Assembly: GCA_963708075.1 (NCBI GenBank)
Contig: OY970194.1
Coordinates: 3,392,001-3,456,000, forward strand
Length of the DNA stretch: 64,000 bases
Direction: 5' to 3'
From: Sedimentisphaerales bacterium
GTDB lineage: Bacteria > Planctomycetota > Phycisphaerae > Sedimentisphaerales > Anaerobacaceae
Of this stretch, positions 32,208 to 42,433 are shown in pieces; position 1 is the stretch's first letter; each line of letters starts with the position of its first letter. Under the pieces are notes generated by a model. The model searched no databases. It saw only the letters and a list, made by a program, of their open reading frames with translations, and was not told the DNA's origin. A program made the position numbers and the translations under genes.

Positions 32208-34094
32208 TTATGTTCGTTTGCGGCGGCGATTGTTCGACCAGAGTCTGCGCAGGTCCTTCAGGAGGTCGGCATGGCCACTCGATTGCAGGTGCTCGGTGAT
32301 GAGTTTGGCGTTGGGCTCACGATAATACTGGAGCAGGGCCGCCTGGAGGCGTTTTTCACGACGGCCGCCGGGGACGTGAATCCTGTGGCCGGCGGCATCC
32401 TGTCCGGCGACGTACATCGCCGTGGACAGCGTCAAGGGCACGGGAACGAAGTCCTGCACCTGGCGGGGTTGCCAGGATCGCGAGACGAGGTATTCCGTCA
32501 ACTTGACAGAGTGGTCGAGGGTGCAGCCGGGATGAGCACTGATGAAGTATGGCACAAGGTAGAATTCCTTGCCGGCACGGCGGCAGGCCTCGTCAAAGCG
32601 GCTTTCGAACTCCTCGAACGATGCAAACGCGGGCTTACCCATCAGGCGCAGAACCTGGTCGCAGTAATGCTCGGGCGCGACCTTCAGATGCCCGCCCACG
32701 AAATGCCCTACGAGCAGATCGAGATACTCCCGGCTGTGCAGGGCCAGATCGTGCCGGATGCCCGAGGCCACATACACGTGCCGCTTGCCTCGCGAGCCGC
32801 CCTTCCAGTGGATGAATGCTTCCATCATTTCCATCAGCGGCCCGAGGTCGAGATTCAGGTTCTTGCAAGGCGACGGGAACACGCAGCTCTGTCGGGAGCA
32901 CCCCTGCTCTTTCGTGCAGTTCGTGCCGTACATGTTGGCCGTCGGCCCGCCGAGGTCGCTGATAGTCCCTCGGAAGCGCGGGGTTGCACTCAATCGGTCC
33001 GCCTCGGCCAGAAGCGACTCGATGCTGCGTGAGGTGATCTCCTTGCCCTGGTGGAAATAGATCGAGCAGAAGGAGCAGCCGCCGTAACAGCCCCGATGCG
33101 TGGTGATCGAAAACTCCACCGGCTCCAGGGCGGCGATTCCGCCGGAACCCGTGTATTGCGGATGCCATTGGCGTGTGAACGGAAGGTCATACAAGGCATC
33201 CAGCTCGGCCGTGGTCAAAGGTCTTGCCGGCGGCATCACCACAATGGTCCCGGGGTCCTGGTCCTGCACGACAGGTCGGCCCCCCAAGATCAATTGCGGA
33301 TTCGTTTCTCGCATCGTATTCAATCCGCAATCCGAAATCCGCAATCCGCAATCAGGAGACGCTATTCGTTGATACTGCTCCTGGGCCTCCATGACCATGG
33401 CTTTGTTCTCGGTCTGCTGCCCCAGCGAGGGCAAGCGCACTGCATCCGCCGGTACCGGCGTATCGCGCACCACCTTGTATGCTGTGCCCGCGACATTTGT
33501 CATCGCGATGATTGGCTCTCCCCCATCCAGCCGCCGGGCGATCTCGGCAGTCGCCAGCTCGCCCATGCCGAAGACGAGCATGTCCGCCTTGGCGTCCACC
33601 AGCACGGATCGCATCAGCTTGTCGGAGATATAGTCGTAATGGACGAGCCGGCGCAGGCTGGCCTCCAGTCCGCCGAGGATGATCGGCACTTGCGGGTACG
33701 CTTCGCGCGCCCGGGCCGCATACGCCAGCAGCGGCCGGGTCGGCCTCAGGTCGATCGCTCCACCCGGACTATAAACATCGGCCTGCCGCCGGTGGCCCAT
33801 CGAGGCATAGTCGTTCAGGCGGGAGTCGATGCAGCCGGATGTGATCCCCCAGAACAGCCTCGGCGCGCCGAGCGAACGAAACGCATCCACGCTGCGCCAG
33901 TCGGGCTGAGGCAGGATTGCCACGCGATAACCCAGCTTCTCGAGCCAGCGGCCGATCATCGCCACGCCGAACGAGGGATGATCCACGTATGCATCACCCG
34001 TGACGAGGATAACGTCGGCCTGATCCCAGCCCAGGCGACGCATCTCATCCCGAGTCGTCGGTAAGAACTGCTTGATATTATCCAACTGTGCCAT
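32208..34094 (-). CDS. ygiQ: YgiQ (UPF0313) radical SAM protein with a repeat-derived in-frame insertion
   Basis: [67 protein letters not shown]. Confidence 0.92.
   Translation of the reverse strand: MAQLDNIKQFLPTTRDEMRRLGWDQADVILVTGDAYVDHPSFGVAMIGRWLEKLGYRVAILPQPDWRSVDAFRSLGAPRLFWGITSGCIDSRLNDYASMGHRRQADVYSPGGAIDLRPTRPLLAYAARAREAYPQVPIILGGLEASLRRLVHYDYISDKLMRSVLVDAKADMLVFGMGELATAEIARRLDGGEPIIAMTNVAGTAYKVVRDTPVPADAVRLPSLGQQTENKAMVMEAQEQYQRIASPDCGLRISDCGLNTMRETNPQLILGGRPVVQDQDPGTIVVMPPARPLTTAELDALYDLPFTRQWHPQYTGSGGIAALEPVEFSITTHRGCYGGCSFCSIYFHQGKEITSRSIESLLAEADRLSATPRFRGTISDLGGPTANMYGTNCTKEQGCSRQSCVFPSPCKNLNLDLGPLMEMMEAFIHWKGGSRGKRHVYVASGIRHDLALHSREYLDLLVGHFVGGHLKVAPEHYCDQVLRLMGKPAFASFEEFESRFDEACRRAGKEFYLVPYFISAHPGCTLDHSVKLTEYLVSRSWQPRQVQDFVPVPLTLSTAMYVAGQDAAGHRIHVPGGRREKRLQAALLQYYREPNAKLITEHLQSSGHADLLKDLRRLWSNNRRRKRT
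33293..33353. repeat. inverted heptamer array (CAATCCG)n inside ygiQ
   Basis: ATTGCGGATT at 33293-33302, then CAATCCG CAATCCG AAATCCG CAATCCG CAATC at 33321-33353. Confidence 0.9.
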
Positions 34095-34177
34095 TCTGGA
34101 ATTCTACTTTATCACAGGCATGGAAACCCACAAAGGGGAGACTTGAAGTGCACCTCAGAGGGCCCGCATCCACAGGG

Positions 34178-34459
34178 TCAGCAACTTTCGCCACTATCCT
34201 CGTCCATGTAACACACGTCGCTCTGATACTTCAGCCACACTCGCTTGAGTTCCTGAAGCTCATCGATATAGGCGAAAACATTGCCGCTGCCCTGGATGGC
34301 CCTGCCGTCATCGAGCAGCACGGGCGGCTGGGTCCCCTGCGGCAGGTGGTCGGCCTGGCCTTCTCGCGGCACGACCACTACCTCGTGGGCCATCGCCAGC
34401 TCACCCAGTGATTGCCGTATCCTCGAACATGTCCAGCAATGGTCTATGTAGAGTGTCAT
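34178..34459 (-). CDS. glutaredoxin/GST-N-terminal-like protein
   Basis: CWTC motif near N-terminus; PVLLDDG...GS..VFAYI. Confidence 0.7.
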   Translation of the reverse strand: MTLYIDHCWTCSRIRQSLGELAMAHEVVVVPREGQADHLPQGTQPPVLLDDGRAIQGSGNVFAYIDELQELKRVWLKYQSDVCYMDEDSGESC

Positions 34460-34537
34460 CGCACAACTCCGTACACACGTTGTAATTTACCTTATAACCG
34501 TCTCTATACTAAATACGCTTGGATTTGCGCAACGTTC

Positions 34538-36076
34538 TTATGCGACGGGATTGGAGGAAGGGCTCTGCTCCGCCGCATCATCGGCTTTCCGCTTTCGCCG
34601 CGATGGCAGAATCAGTGCGGCCAGAAGAAAGATCAAAGCGATCCACCTACTCAGAGCCACCGCCGTAACCGCGGCACAGCCGAGAAGAACCCACCACGCG
34701 AGCACCTGCAATTGCGGCGAAGGCACGTAACGTCGGGGGTCTTCGCGGCGCCAATGCCTCAGCTTGAGGATTGAGGTGACGACTTCGTAGATCCCCAGGG
34801 CGAGAAGTCCGAACACGCCCAGATACACGATCATGGGCAATCCCAACTTTGCACCGCCCTGAGCCTGTACTGCCGGCGTGCGTGTCAGGGCGAACAGCGT
34901 GGCCGCCTCGCCAAGGTACGGTGCATCGGAGACTTTCGACAGTATGCGCGGCACGAGCAGCGTGCCATCCGGCAGCGGCCAGCTTGCGACCAGCGCCTGT
35001 GCCGCCAGCTTGTACGCATGATCCGCGCGGCCCATCGCCCGGGCAGCCCCGACGCCAAACGCGCTGGCGGCAACCCCGTAGCCGCCAACCACCGGTCCGG
35101 CATCCACATCCCCCATGTTGAACCAGCCGACGTCGATGTCTTTGGGAAACTCGCGGAAACCGGCGAAGAACAGCCCTTCCTGCCAGAATTGCTCCGTGTA
35201 CTTAGCATACCAGTCCTGTGCGGTTTGCGGCCAAAGCTGCGGCGCCCACGTCAGCATGAACGACAGGCCCACGCCCCGGGCGCTGTCCTCTGCACGGCCG
35301 TTCTTCGAATCGACCACGTACGCGGGCAACCCCGTGTGACTGTCCAGTCGGGTATCCTCGAAACCGCGGATGGCCCTGGCGACGAACTGCGAGTGGTCCA
35401 TGCCGAGCACGGCGTCGGCTCGTTGGATCGCGGCAATCGCCGGGACGATATCTACGGGGTAGCACTGGCCGGGGTAATCATCGAGCAGCCCGTGCGGCGA
35501 CTCATCGAGCTCATTGGCCAGCGACCCAACCTGCCATCGCAGAAGCTCCTCGTACCTCGTATCGCCGAGGAGCTTCTGATAGCTTGTCAATGCACTGATC
35601 AGCAGCATCCGGTAGAACAGGTTCTCATGCTCGAGGTAGTCGTCGCCCCAGTGCTGCTTGACCCAGCCGGCATGGTCCGGGTCCGCCACAAGCGCTGCAG
35701 CCGCCTCGATGGCCCCGCGCGCGTACTGGTTCGGAGGCGCCGGACAAAGCCCCGGATTCTTGTCCGCCGCCTCCTGCAAGGCCTCCGTCGCCCACAGGTA
35801 AAAGACCGAGCCGAACAACGGCCACTCCGTCCCCGCGATATCCGCGGTGTTCGACTGTGCTCCCCCCGACCGCACGCGGTCCCGCGCCCACGCCTCATAC
35901 TTCGGTGACAGGGCCCGATGCCAGCGAAATGTGAGCCGAGGCACCTCCTCGCCGCGCAATCCCGGATCGCGTAAATCCCAAACCAACTCCCCTGCCGGAA
36001 TGAGGAAGAAGTACAGGCTCAGTGCAACGGCGATAGCCGTATTGACATAGACACAAATCACGAGCGACTTCCGCAT
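34538..36076 (-). CDS. membrane-anchored protein with linalool dehydratase/isomerase-like domain
   Basis: LLDDYPGQCYPVD, FREFP, DVDAGPVVGGYGVAASAFG; N- and C-terminal TM helices. Confidence 0.55.
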   Translation of the reverse strand: MRKSLVICVYVNTAIAVALSLYFFLIPAGELVWDLRDPGLRGEEVPRLTFRWHRALSPKYEAWARDRVRSGGAQSNTADIAGTEWPLFGSVFYLWATEALQEAADKNPGLCPAPPNQYARGAIEAAAALVADPDHAGWVKQHWGDDYLEHENLFYRMLLISALTSYQKLLGDTRYEELLRWQVGSLANELDESPHGLLDDYPGQCYPVDIVPAIAAIQRADAVLGMDHSQFVARAIRGFEDTRLDSHTGLPAYVVDSKNGRAEDSARGVGLSFMLTWAPQLWPQTAQDWYAKYTEQFWQEGLFFAGFREFPKDIDVGWFNMGDVDAGPVVGGYGVAASAFGVGAARAMGRADHAYKLAAQALVASWPLPDGTLLVPRILSKVSDAPYLGEAATLFALTRTPAVQAQGGAKLGLPMIVYLGVFGLLALGIYEVVTSILKLRHWRREDPRRYVPSPQLQVLAWWVLLGCAAVTAVALSRWIALIFLLAALILPSRRKRKADDAAEQSPSSNPVA

Positions 36077-36138
36077 ATCCAACCCGCACCTCTCAACCAA
36101 TGCTCACCCATCACAATGCAGCAAAGCCGTGTACCACT

Positions 36139-36654
36139 TTACGGCCAGAAGGCGGCGACCGCAATGATGAGCCAGATTACCAGACCCAGCATGATCTTGC
36201 TCGTGATGCCGACGAACTGACCGATTCCCGCGCCGACGCCCCGGCGAAGGGAATGCTCAGCGAGCTCTCCACGCGAGACCTCGACGGCCCATACGGCCAG
36301 GCCCGCCCCGATGGACGCGCCGATCACGCTGCCCAGGAACGGGACCGGGATCACGAATGTGCCAACCAGGGCGCCGAAGATCGCCCCGAACACCGCCGAG
36401 ATCGCCCCTCGCCAGCTTGCCCCGGACCTCCTGGCCCCAAGCATCCCGGCAAGGAATTCGATCAGCTCGCCAAGAAGCGCTATAGCCACAATCGCGATCA
36501 GCGTCCAGCCGGAGAACACCCGCTGGTCCCACTTCCACCAGGCAAACAGGCACGTCGAGATCACCATCAGCCAATTGCCCGGCAGGCCGAACAGCACCAG
36601 CATCAGCGATGCCGCATTGAGCACAACCAGGATGGATAACCATGCATAGAGCAT
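36139..36654 (-). CDS. DUF456 family membrane protein
   Basis: LPGNWL, GARRSGAS..G..GAIFG, P..GSVIGA. Confidence 0.85.
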   Translation of the reverse strand: MLYAWLSILVVLNAASLMLVLFGLPGNWLMVISTCLFAWWKWDQRVFSGWTLIAIVAIALLGELIEFLAGMLGARRSGASWRGAISAVFGAIFGALVGTFVIPVPFLGSVIGASIGAGLAVWAVEVSRGELAEHSLRRGVGAGIGQFVGITSKIMLGLVIWLIIAVAAFWP

Positions 36655-36745
36655 GCCACGATTCTAAGCGGAGCCGGCCGCCCCGCAAATACGATTGTTT
36701 CGTTCGTGGGAGGTGGAGTTCTGCAAAATGGAAGTTGGGCTTATT

Positions 36746-36779
36746 ATTCAAGGAAAGCTGCTTTGGGATTTCCTTGAAT
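36746..36779. promoter_or_regulatory. perfect 11-bp inverted repeat in a divergent intergenic region (putative operator)
   Basis: ATTCAAGGAAA-N12-TTTCCTTGAAT. Confidence 0.45.
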
Positions 36780-36913
36780 CGACAAGCATGTATCATGCGA
36801 GATAAGACGCGCCCGATTAGGGGATTTACCCACCGAGCGTCGGTCCTGTCGCCGGCGTAGGTACATCAGAGACAATTATCTACGAAGCAACCATGAATTA
36901 AAGGAGCATAATC

Positions 36914-37459
36914 ATGAGGGTCGGATTGGCATTTCTGGCAGGTGTGATCGGCGGAGCGGTCATGCTCGCTCTTGTGGCCATCGCCCGTGCCGCAGGCATC
37001 ACCGACTTGAACCTCGGTATCCTGTGGGGTTCGATGATCACGAACGATGCAACCGCCGGGACGTGGGTCCTGGGCGCCGTGATACACCTGGTCGTAAGCG
37101 GGCTGATCGCTTTCATTTATGCGGCCGTCTTTGAAGCCATCAGAGGATCCAACTGGTTTACCGGATTGATAGGCGGCGCGATTCACGCCGTGATCGGTGG
37201 ACTCGCACTGACGGCGCTGCCGGCAATTCACCCGGCAATCCCGGACCTCCTTCGGGCGCCCGGTGCGTTTGCCATCAACTATGGGGCAGCGGCAGCGACG
37301 CTTTTTGTCGCGGGTCACTTGATCTACGGCATCATCGTTGGCGGCCTGTACACGCCCGTGCACACTCACAAGCTGCCTGCGGCTGCAACACGGGAAATTG
37401 AGGAGCCCGTGGGAGTAGGCCATGAGGAGCACATGCACGAGCCGCCGCGGCGACGGTAA
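36914..37459 (+). CDS. 4-TM membrane protein with membrane-embedded His residues
   Basis: AAAGGAG RBS; GAVIHLVVSG, GAIHAVI, AGHLIYG. Confidence 0.75.
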   Translation: MRVGLAFLAGVIGGAVMLALVAIARAAGITDLNLGILWGSMITNDATAGTWVLGAVIHLVVSGLIAFIYAAVFEAIRGSNWFTGLIGGAIHAVIGGLALTALPAIHPAIPDLLRAPGAFAINYGAAAATLFVAGHLIYGIIVGGLYTPVHTHKLPAAATREIEEPVGVGHEEHMHEPPRRR

Positions 37460-37730
37460 GTTTGTGCCTTGAAAGCATTCTCGGTCGCAGCAAGAATGGC
37501 TATTCATATATTTGCCCGCCCGGCTTAAGACACTGGGTACTGATTCACGGAGCCGGGCGGGCATAATCACTGCAGTCGCCTGACGAGGCGGCACTTGGGG
37601 TCTTCACGTCAGTTCCGGGCGCTTTCTTGTTGCCCTCAACCGTTCAGAGGCCTTATTCTTCACTCGTGACGCTTTCCACAAATCATGGGATGCTTGGCGT
37701 CAAGCGTGGATTTGACTTGGGAGTCTCGAA

Positions 37731-38453
37731 TTGATCGTGAGAATAAGGGAGCTTCTGGATCGATTCCGGGTCAATGTGGACCTGTTCATGCTGCTGATTC
37801 TGGCGGTCATTATCATCACAGGCTGGCTCGCCGCGGAGTTGGCCGATGAGGTCCTGGAAGGTACAACGCAGCAATATGACGAATGGGTGTTGCGTCACCT
37901 TCGGACGCCGGACGACATGACTAACCCTATCGGCCCGCAGTGGTTCAAGGACATGTGGCGGGATATCACCGCGTTGGGAAGCAGCACGATCCTGACGCTC
38001 GTCACCGCCGCCTGTGCCGGGTATCTGCTGATGCGAAGACAGCATCGCACCCTGGTGCTGCTGCTGGCCGCGACCGTCGGCGGCGTTGTCGTCAGTCTGG
38101 TACTCAAGACTCTGTTCGATCGGCCACGGCCTGAATTCGCCTCACCCGAGAGTTACGTCGTTACAGCCAGCTTTCCCAGCGGCCATTCCATGCTCTCGGC
38201 CATAGTGTATTTGACTCTTGGGGCACTGCTGGCCCGCACGACCAACCAGTACCGCCTCAAGATCTACTTTCTCACGATGGCCGTTCTCATCACTCTCCTC
38301 GTCGGGTTCAGTCGGGTGTATCTCGGCGTCCATTATCCCACCGATGTCCTTGCCGGCTGGAGCGTGGGGTTGCTCTGGGCCCTGCTCTGCTGGCTCGTCG
38401 CATACGTCCTCCAGAAGAGGGGCGCCATCGAACGTCCCAGGGAGACCGGCTGA
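37731..38453 (+). CDS. PAP2 family phosphatase
   Basis: KTLFDRPRP, SFPSGHS, SRVYLGVHYPTDV. Confidence 0.93.
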   Translation: MIVRIRELLDRFRVNVDLFMLLILAVIIITGWLAAELADEVLEGTTQQYDEWVLRHLRTPDDMTNPIGPQWFKDMWRDITALGSSTILTLVTAACAGYLLMRRQHRTLVLLLAATVGGVVVSLVLKTLFDRPRPEFASPESYVVTASFPSGHSMLSAIVYLTLGALLARTTNQYRLKIYFLTMAVLITLLVGFSRVYLGVHYPTDVLAGWSVGLLWALLCWLVAYVLQKRGAIERPRETG

Positions 38454-39363
38454 ATCGATGGCCACTTCCTGTCATCGCCGAATCATGGATGGGCGGTTGC
38501 CGGGAGGTTCGGCGGAACGCCCGCATCCAAACTACAGCCGAGTACGTCAAGATGAGCGCCAACAGAGGGATACCATAAACTTCCAGGAAGATCCACATCG
38601 CCTCCATATGGAGGAACCGGCCTGCCAGCGGCAGGATGAGAACCAGCAACAGCCCTGCAACCACTCGCGATGAACCTCTCACATGGAACATGTCCGGCTG
38701 CTGCCAGTGGACGGTTATGCGTAGAGCCCAGAAGCCACACAACACCCCGATCATCGCTCCGGCGAGCACGTCGGACGGGTAGTGAGCCAGGACCGCGATC
38801 CGGAGCAGACCGATCCCGCCGGCGGCCGTGAAAAGCAAAGGTGCCCAGCGCCGGCCCGGCGAGGCCGACAGAACCGTCGCCACGGCAAAAGCGACGGCCG
38901 TGTCGCCGGAAGGAAAAGACGCCCTTTGCCCCGAGACAATACGCCGATCCTCAGGCGACAGTCGCTCGAGTGCCGCGGTGTACAGGTGCGGCCGGGGTCT
39001 GTGCACCACAACCTTGAGAGAACATACGCACAGACCAACAAGAGCCAGGGAAACCACAATGACGATCGTCGCACGCCAGCGGTCGACCAGCCAACTCCAA
39101 AGCAACAGCAGCCAGATGACTACGTAAGCCTTCCCCAACTGTCGGAATCCATCCACCCAGGCGTGCTCATGCCAGACGTCGGGATGACTCTGGAACCACT
39201 CTCGCACCTCCTGGTCAAAGAACAGGAAACAGGAGATGATCGCCAGGATCCCGACCAGGACCAGGCAGGACCACACGAAAAGCAGGGTAAGCAGCTTCGC
39301 TCGCCGGGGAAGGTCACGCGACACCAGGCAGTCTGCACGACCGGACTGTTCGCTATCATTCAT
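38308..39363 (-). CDS. PAP2 family phosphatase (variant motif 2; 3' end uncertain)
   Basis: KVVVHRPRP, SFPSGDT, LRIAVLAHYPSDV; ORF tail overlaps the convergent PAP2 gene. Confidence 0.8.
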   Translation of the reverse strand: MNDSEQSGRADCLVSRDLPRRAKLLTLLFVWSCLVLVGILAIISCFLFFDQEVREWFQSHPDVWHEHAWVDGFRQLGKAYVVIWLLLLWSWLVDRWRATIVIVVSLALVGLCVCSLKVVVHRPRPHLYTAALERLSPEDRRIVSGQRASFPSGDTAVAFAVATVLSASPGRRWAPLLFTAAGGIGLLRIAVLAHYPSDVLAGAMIGVLCGFWALRITVHWQQPDMFHVRGSSRVVAGLLLVLILPLAGRFLHMEAMWIFLEVYGIPLLALILTYSAVVWMRAFRRTSRQPPIHDSAMTGSGHRFSRSPWDVRWRPSSGGRMRRASRAGPRATPRSSRQGHRWDNGRRDTPD

Positions 39364-41017
39364 TCATGCCCCTTCCGCGCAGCATCGCCGCAACCTCCAG
39401 CGTCTTGCCCTTCGAGTAGTTCAAGCCCTGTTTGGAGGCAATCCTCACAAGACATAGTGGACCGTATCGCTGCTCGATCCCCGTCAACGCGGCTTCTGGA
39501 ATGATGAGCACCCCTGGTTGTGATTGCCGGGCCCATGCTGCAACCGCCTCTTCGCTGCCAAGCGGTTCAATGCGCCGACCGACATAGAAGTTCAGCGTCG
39601 GCTCACGATAGCCAAATGTCACCACGGGGACATCCGCGACCGTTGTCCGTTTGACAGCTTCCGCAAGAGGTATGGAGATCTTGACCTGCTCCAGGGCCGG
39701 CATGATGCCGAGCATCACGGGAATCTGCACTACGACCATGCCAACAAGCAGAGTGATCGCACTGGCCCGCGGACGGTCTTGAAGTTGCTGACAGATCGCC
39801 AGCGCGGACATCGCCAGCAGGACCATGGCAGCGGCCCAGAACGACGCCACACTCCCTGGCAGGTGCAGCGCGAAAGGAGCGGCAAGCAGGCCGAGCACCG
39901 ATCCACTCGCTACCGGTCCGAAGAACCACACTCCGCCTCGGAGCCAACGTCGGTCGACATCCGCCAACTGCTCCCGTGAGGCGGCTGCCAAGGTGCCGCC
40001 CACCGCCAGGGCCATCGCCGGCCATGTGAACAGGATGTAGTGAGGCAGTTTCGTCGCCACAAGAGTCATGATGACCACGACAGAAGCCACCCAGGCCAGG
40101 AATAGCTCCCGGAAATGAACGCCCCCCACTCGTCTGTTCAGGACGGCCGAGACCGATCCCGGCAGGTGCAACGTCCAGGGGAAGAACCCCGCGATAATTA
40201 CCGGCAGGTAGTACGGCAGGTGAAGCAGGAAGTCCCCGCCGTGGTGCTCCAGCGGCCGCGCCGTCCGTGCCAGGACATGATGGCCCAGACCAAGACGCAG
40301 GAACTCTCCACTGGTGGCGTGATTGGCGGGAATGGCCCATGCAATGAACAACAATGCCCCCAGGACAGTGGCCTCCCCGAGTTGTCCAACGTGGGACCCG
40401 ATCCGGACTTCGCTTCTCCGGATCAGCCAGAGCGTACTCACCATGACCGCGATGGACAGCAATGCCACCGGTCCTTTGGCCAAAAGCCCAAGCCCCAGGG
40501 CTAACCCCATCCCCATCACGTGGTACCACCGCAATCCGGATGCAAGGCCGGATGCAAACAGCACGATAACGGCGACCATGGTCGGCAGCAGAATGCCATC
40601 CGCCGTGGCCGCCGTGCCCTCGACCATAATCATCAGCGTCGACGGCAGAACAGCCATGGACCATAATCCCGCTTCAACGTCAAGAAACCGCCGGGCGATA
40701 AGGAACGTGAGCAGGCAAGTGACGACGATGCCCACCGTGCTGAAGAAGCGGCACGCCAACGAAGTTGGCCCAAGCAGGCGCATCGGAATGGACATCAGCC
40801 AGTATATCAGGATCGGCTTGTCCGGGCGGAGTTGGCCATTAAACGTCGGGTACAGATAGTTGCCCGACTCAATCATTTCGGCCGTGGCCCGCGAGAACCG
40901 CGGCTCATCCCGGTCCCACAGTGTGCTACACGTGTCGATGAACCAGTAGCCCCCAGCTACTACCGCGCAGATCGCGGCGACAAACAGCCAGGACGCACGA
41001 GACTCCTCAGTCTGCAT
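39356..41017 (-). CDS. ArnT/GT-C (family 39/83-like) glycosyltransferase
   Basis: WDRDEPRF..A..EM, DKPILIYW, LAKGPV, PYYLP, TKLPHYI. Confidence 0.9.
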   Translation of the reverse strand: MQTEESRASWLFVAAICAVVAGGYWFIDTCSTLWDRDEPRFSRATAEMIESGNYLYPTFNGQLRPDKPILIYWLMSIPMRLLGPTSLACRFFSTVGIVVTCLLTFLIARRFLDVEAGLWSMAVLPSTLMIMVEGTAATADGILLPTMVAVIVLFASGLASGLRWYHVMGMGLALGLGLLAKGPVALLSIAVMVSTLWLIRRSEVRIGSHVGQLGEATVLGALLFIAWAIPANHATSGEFLRLGLGHHVLARTARPLEHHGGDFLLHLPYYLPVIIAGFFPWTLHLPGSVSAVLNRRVGGVHFRELFLAWVASVVVIMTLVATKLPHYILFTWPAMALAVGGTLAAASREQLADVDRRWLRGGVWFFGPVASGSVLGLLAAPFALHLPGSVASFWAAAMVLLAMSALAICQQLQDRPRASAITLLVGMVVVQIPVMLGIMPALEQVKISIPLAEAVKRTTVADVPVVTFGYREPTLNFYVGRRIEPLGSEEAVAAWARQSQPGVLIIPEAALTGIEQRYGPLCLVRIASKQGLNYSKGKTLEVAAMLRGRGMNE

Positions 41018-41215
41018 TTGTACCCCCCTGATGTGCTCTGCGACCGTCCCCAGACTCGAGTGCCGCCTTAGCTCCCGAAGATGATTTTACAGGCGAATGA
41101 AGCGCACGGGCAACATGAAACTACAAGGTCCGCTCGGATCTTGCAGTGCTGAACTAATCCGGTACAATGGCATCGGAGAATCTGGGTACGGATACCTTGC
41201 TTCAGGACTCTTAGG

Positions 41216-41971
41216 ATGGAACCTATGGGCCTTCAAAATCCGTCAAATCGCGGGATATATCTGTCTGTCGTGTCGCCGGCCCACAATGAGGCGGAGAACC
41301 TGCCGCGGCTGCTCGAAGAAATCGCGGCAGCCCTGGCAAGGTCTGAGTATGGGTGGGAGATCATCCTAGTTGACGACAGCAGCACCGATGATACGCCTCG
41401 CCTACTGCCGGAGCTGATGAAGAAGCATCCGCAATTACGTGTCCTGTCGCTGCGGAACCGCTCCGGCCAGACTGCCGCGCTGGATGCGGGCCTGCGCCGC
41501 GCGAGAGGCTCATTCATCGCCATGCTCGACGCTGACCTGCAGAACGACCCTGCCGATATCCCCCGTCTGCTGGATACGCTGCTTACGACGCAATGCGGCC
41601 TGATCAATGGCTGGCGAGCCAATCGCCGGGATCCGTGGGTCCGTCTGGTCTCGACGCGTGTCGCCAATCGCGTGCGAAACTGGCTCACCCACGAGCAAAT
41701 CCACGATTCCGCCTGCGGCTTGAAGGTGTTCCGCCACGAGTGCATCGACCACCTCAAGCTGTTCAACGGCATGCATCGATTCCTCCCGACGCTTGTGAAG
41801 ATGGAGGGTTACGAGGTCGTGGAAATCCCCGTGAATCACCGGCCCCGCACCGCTGGAAGGGCCAAGTATGGGGTCTTCAACCGTGTCTTCAAGGCGCTTC
41901 GTGATTGCCTTGTCGTCCGATGGATGCAGCACCGGATGTTGCGATACGAATGCCGGGAGTGGGAGTCCTGA
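41216..41971 (+). CDS. GT2 polyprenyl-phosphate glycosyltransferase (ArnC/DPM-like)
   Basis: SVVSPAHNE, VDDSSTD, GQTAA, DADLQNDP, DSACGLK, MHRFLP. Confidence 0.92.
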   Translation: MEPMGLQNPSNRGIYLSVVSPAHNEAENLPRLLEEIAAALARSEYGWEIILVDDSSTDDTPRLLPELMKKHPQLRVLSLRNRSGQTAALDAGLRRARGSFIAMLDADLQNDPADIPRLLDTLLTTQCGLINGWRANRRDPWVRLVSTRVANRVRNWLTHEQIHDSACGLKVFRHECIDHLKLFNGMHRFLPTLVKMEGYEVVEIPVNHRPRTAGRAKYGVFNRVFKALRDCLVVRWMQHRMLRYECREWES

Positions 41972-41972
41972 T

Positions 41973-42284
41973 ATGTGGAACCGATTGTCTGCCAATCTCG
42001 ATTGTTGGGTCATCCTCGGACTCGTTTTCCAAGGCGCGTTCACCGCTCGGTTCCTCGTCCAGTGGATTGCCTCGGAGCGTCAGGGCAGGAGCGTCATTCC
42101 GGTTTCATTCTGGTACTTGAGCCTGTTTGGCAGCGCCGGTCTGTTGCTCTATGCCGTCGTCCGCGCCGACCCCGTATTCATCCTGGGCCAATCGCTGGGC
42201 AGTGTAGTCTACGTTCGCAATCTTGTCCTGATCTACCGCGAACGCCACGCATCGGTCGTCAGTCCGACCGCCCCAATGCCCTGA
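41973..42284 (+). CDS. lipid-A-disaccharide synthase N-terminal (LAB_N) domain protein
   Basis: F.ARFLVQWIASE..GRSVIPVSFWYLSL, DPVFILGQ, YVRNL. Confidence 0.88.
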   Translation: MWNRLSANLDCWVILGLVFQGAFTARFLVQWIASERQGRSVIPVSFWYLSLFGSAGLLLYAVVRADPVFILGQSLGSVVYVRNLVLIYRERHASVVSPTAPMP

Positions 42285-42433
42285 TCTCCCGTGCGGCAGC
42301 GAATCTCATTGGCTGCGCCGGCCGCAAGTAGCACGGCCGGGGTGCCCTTCCGCCTGTCACGTCCGACCCAATTGACCGTCTCAGGCGTAGTACCTCTGGA
42401 GGGTGCAAGTCAGGTTGTGAAGGCAGCAGATGC

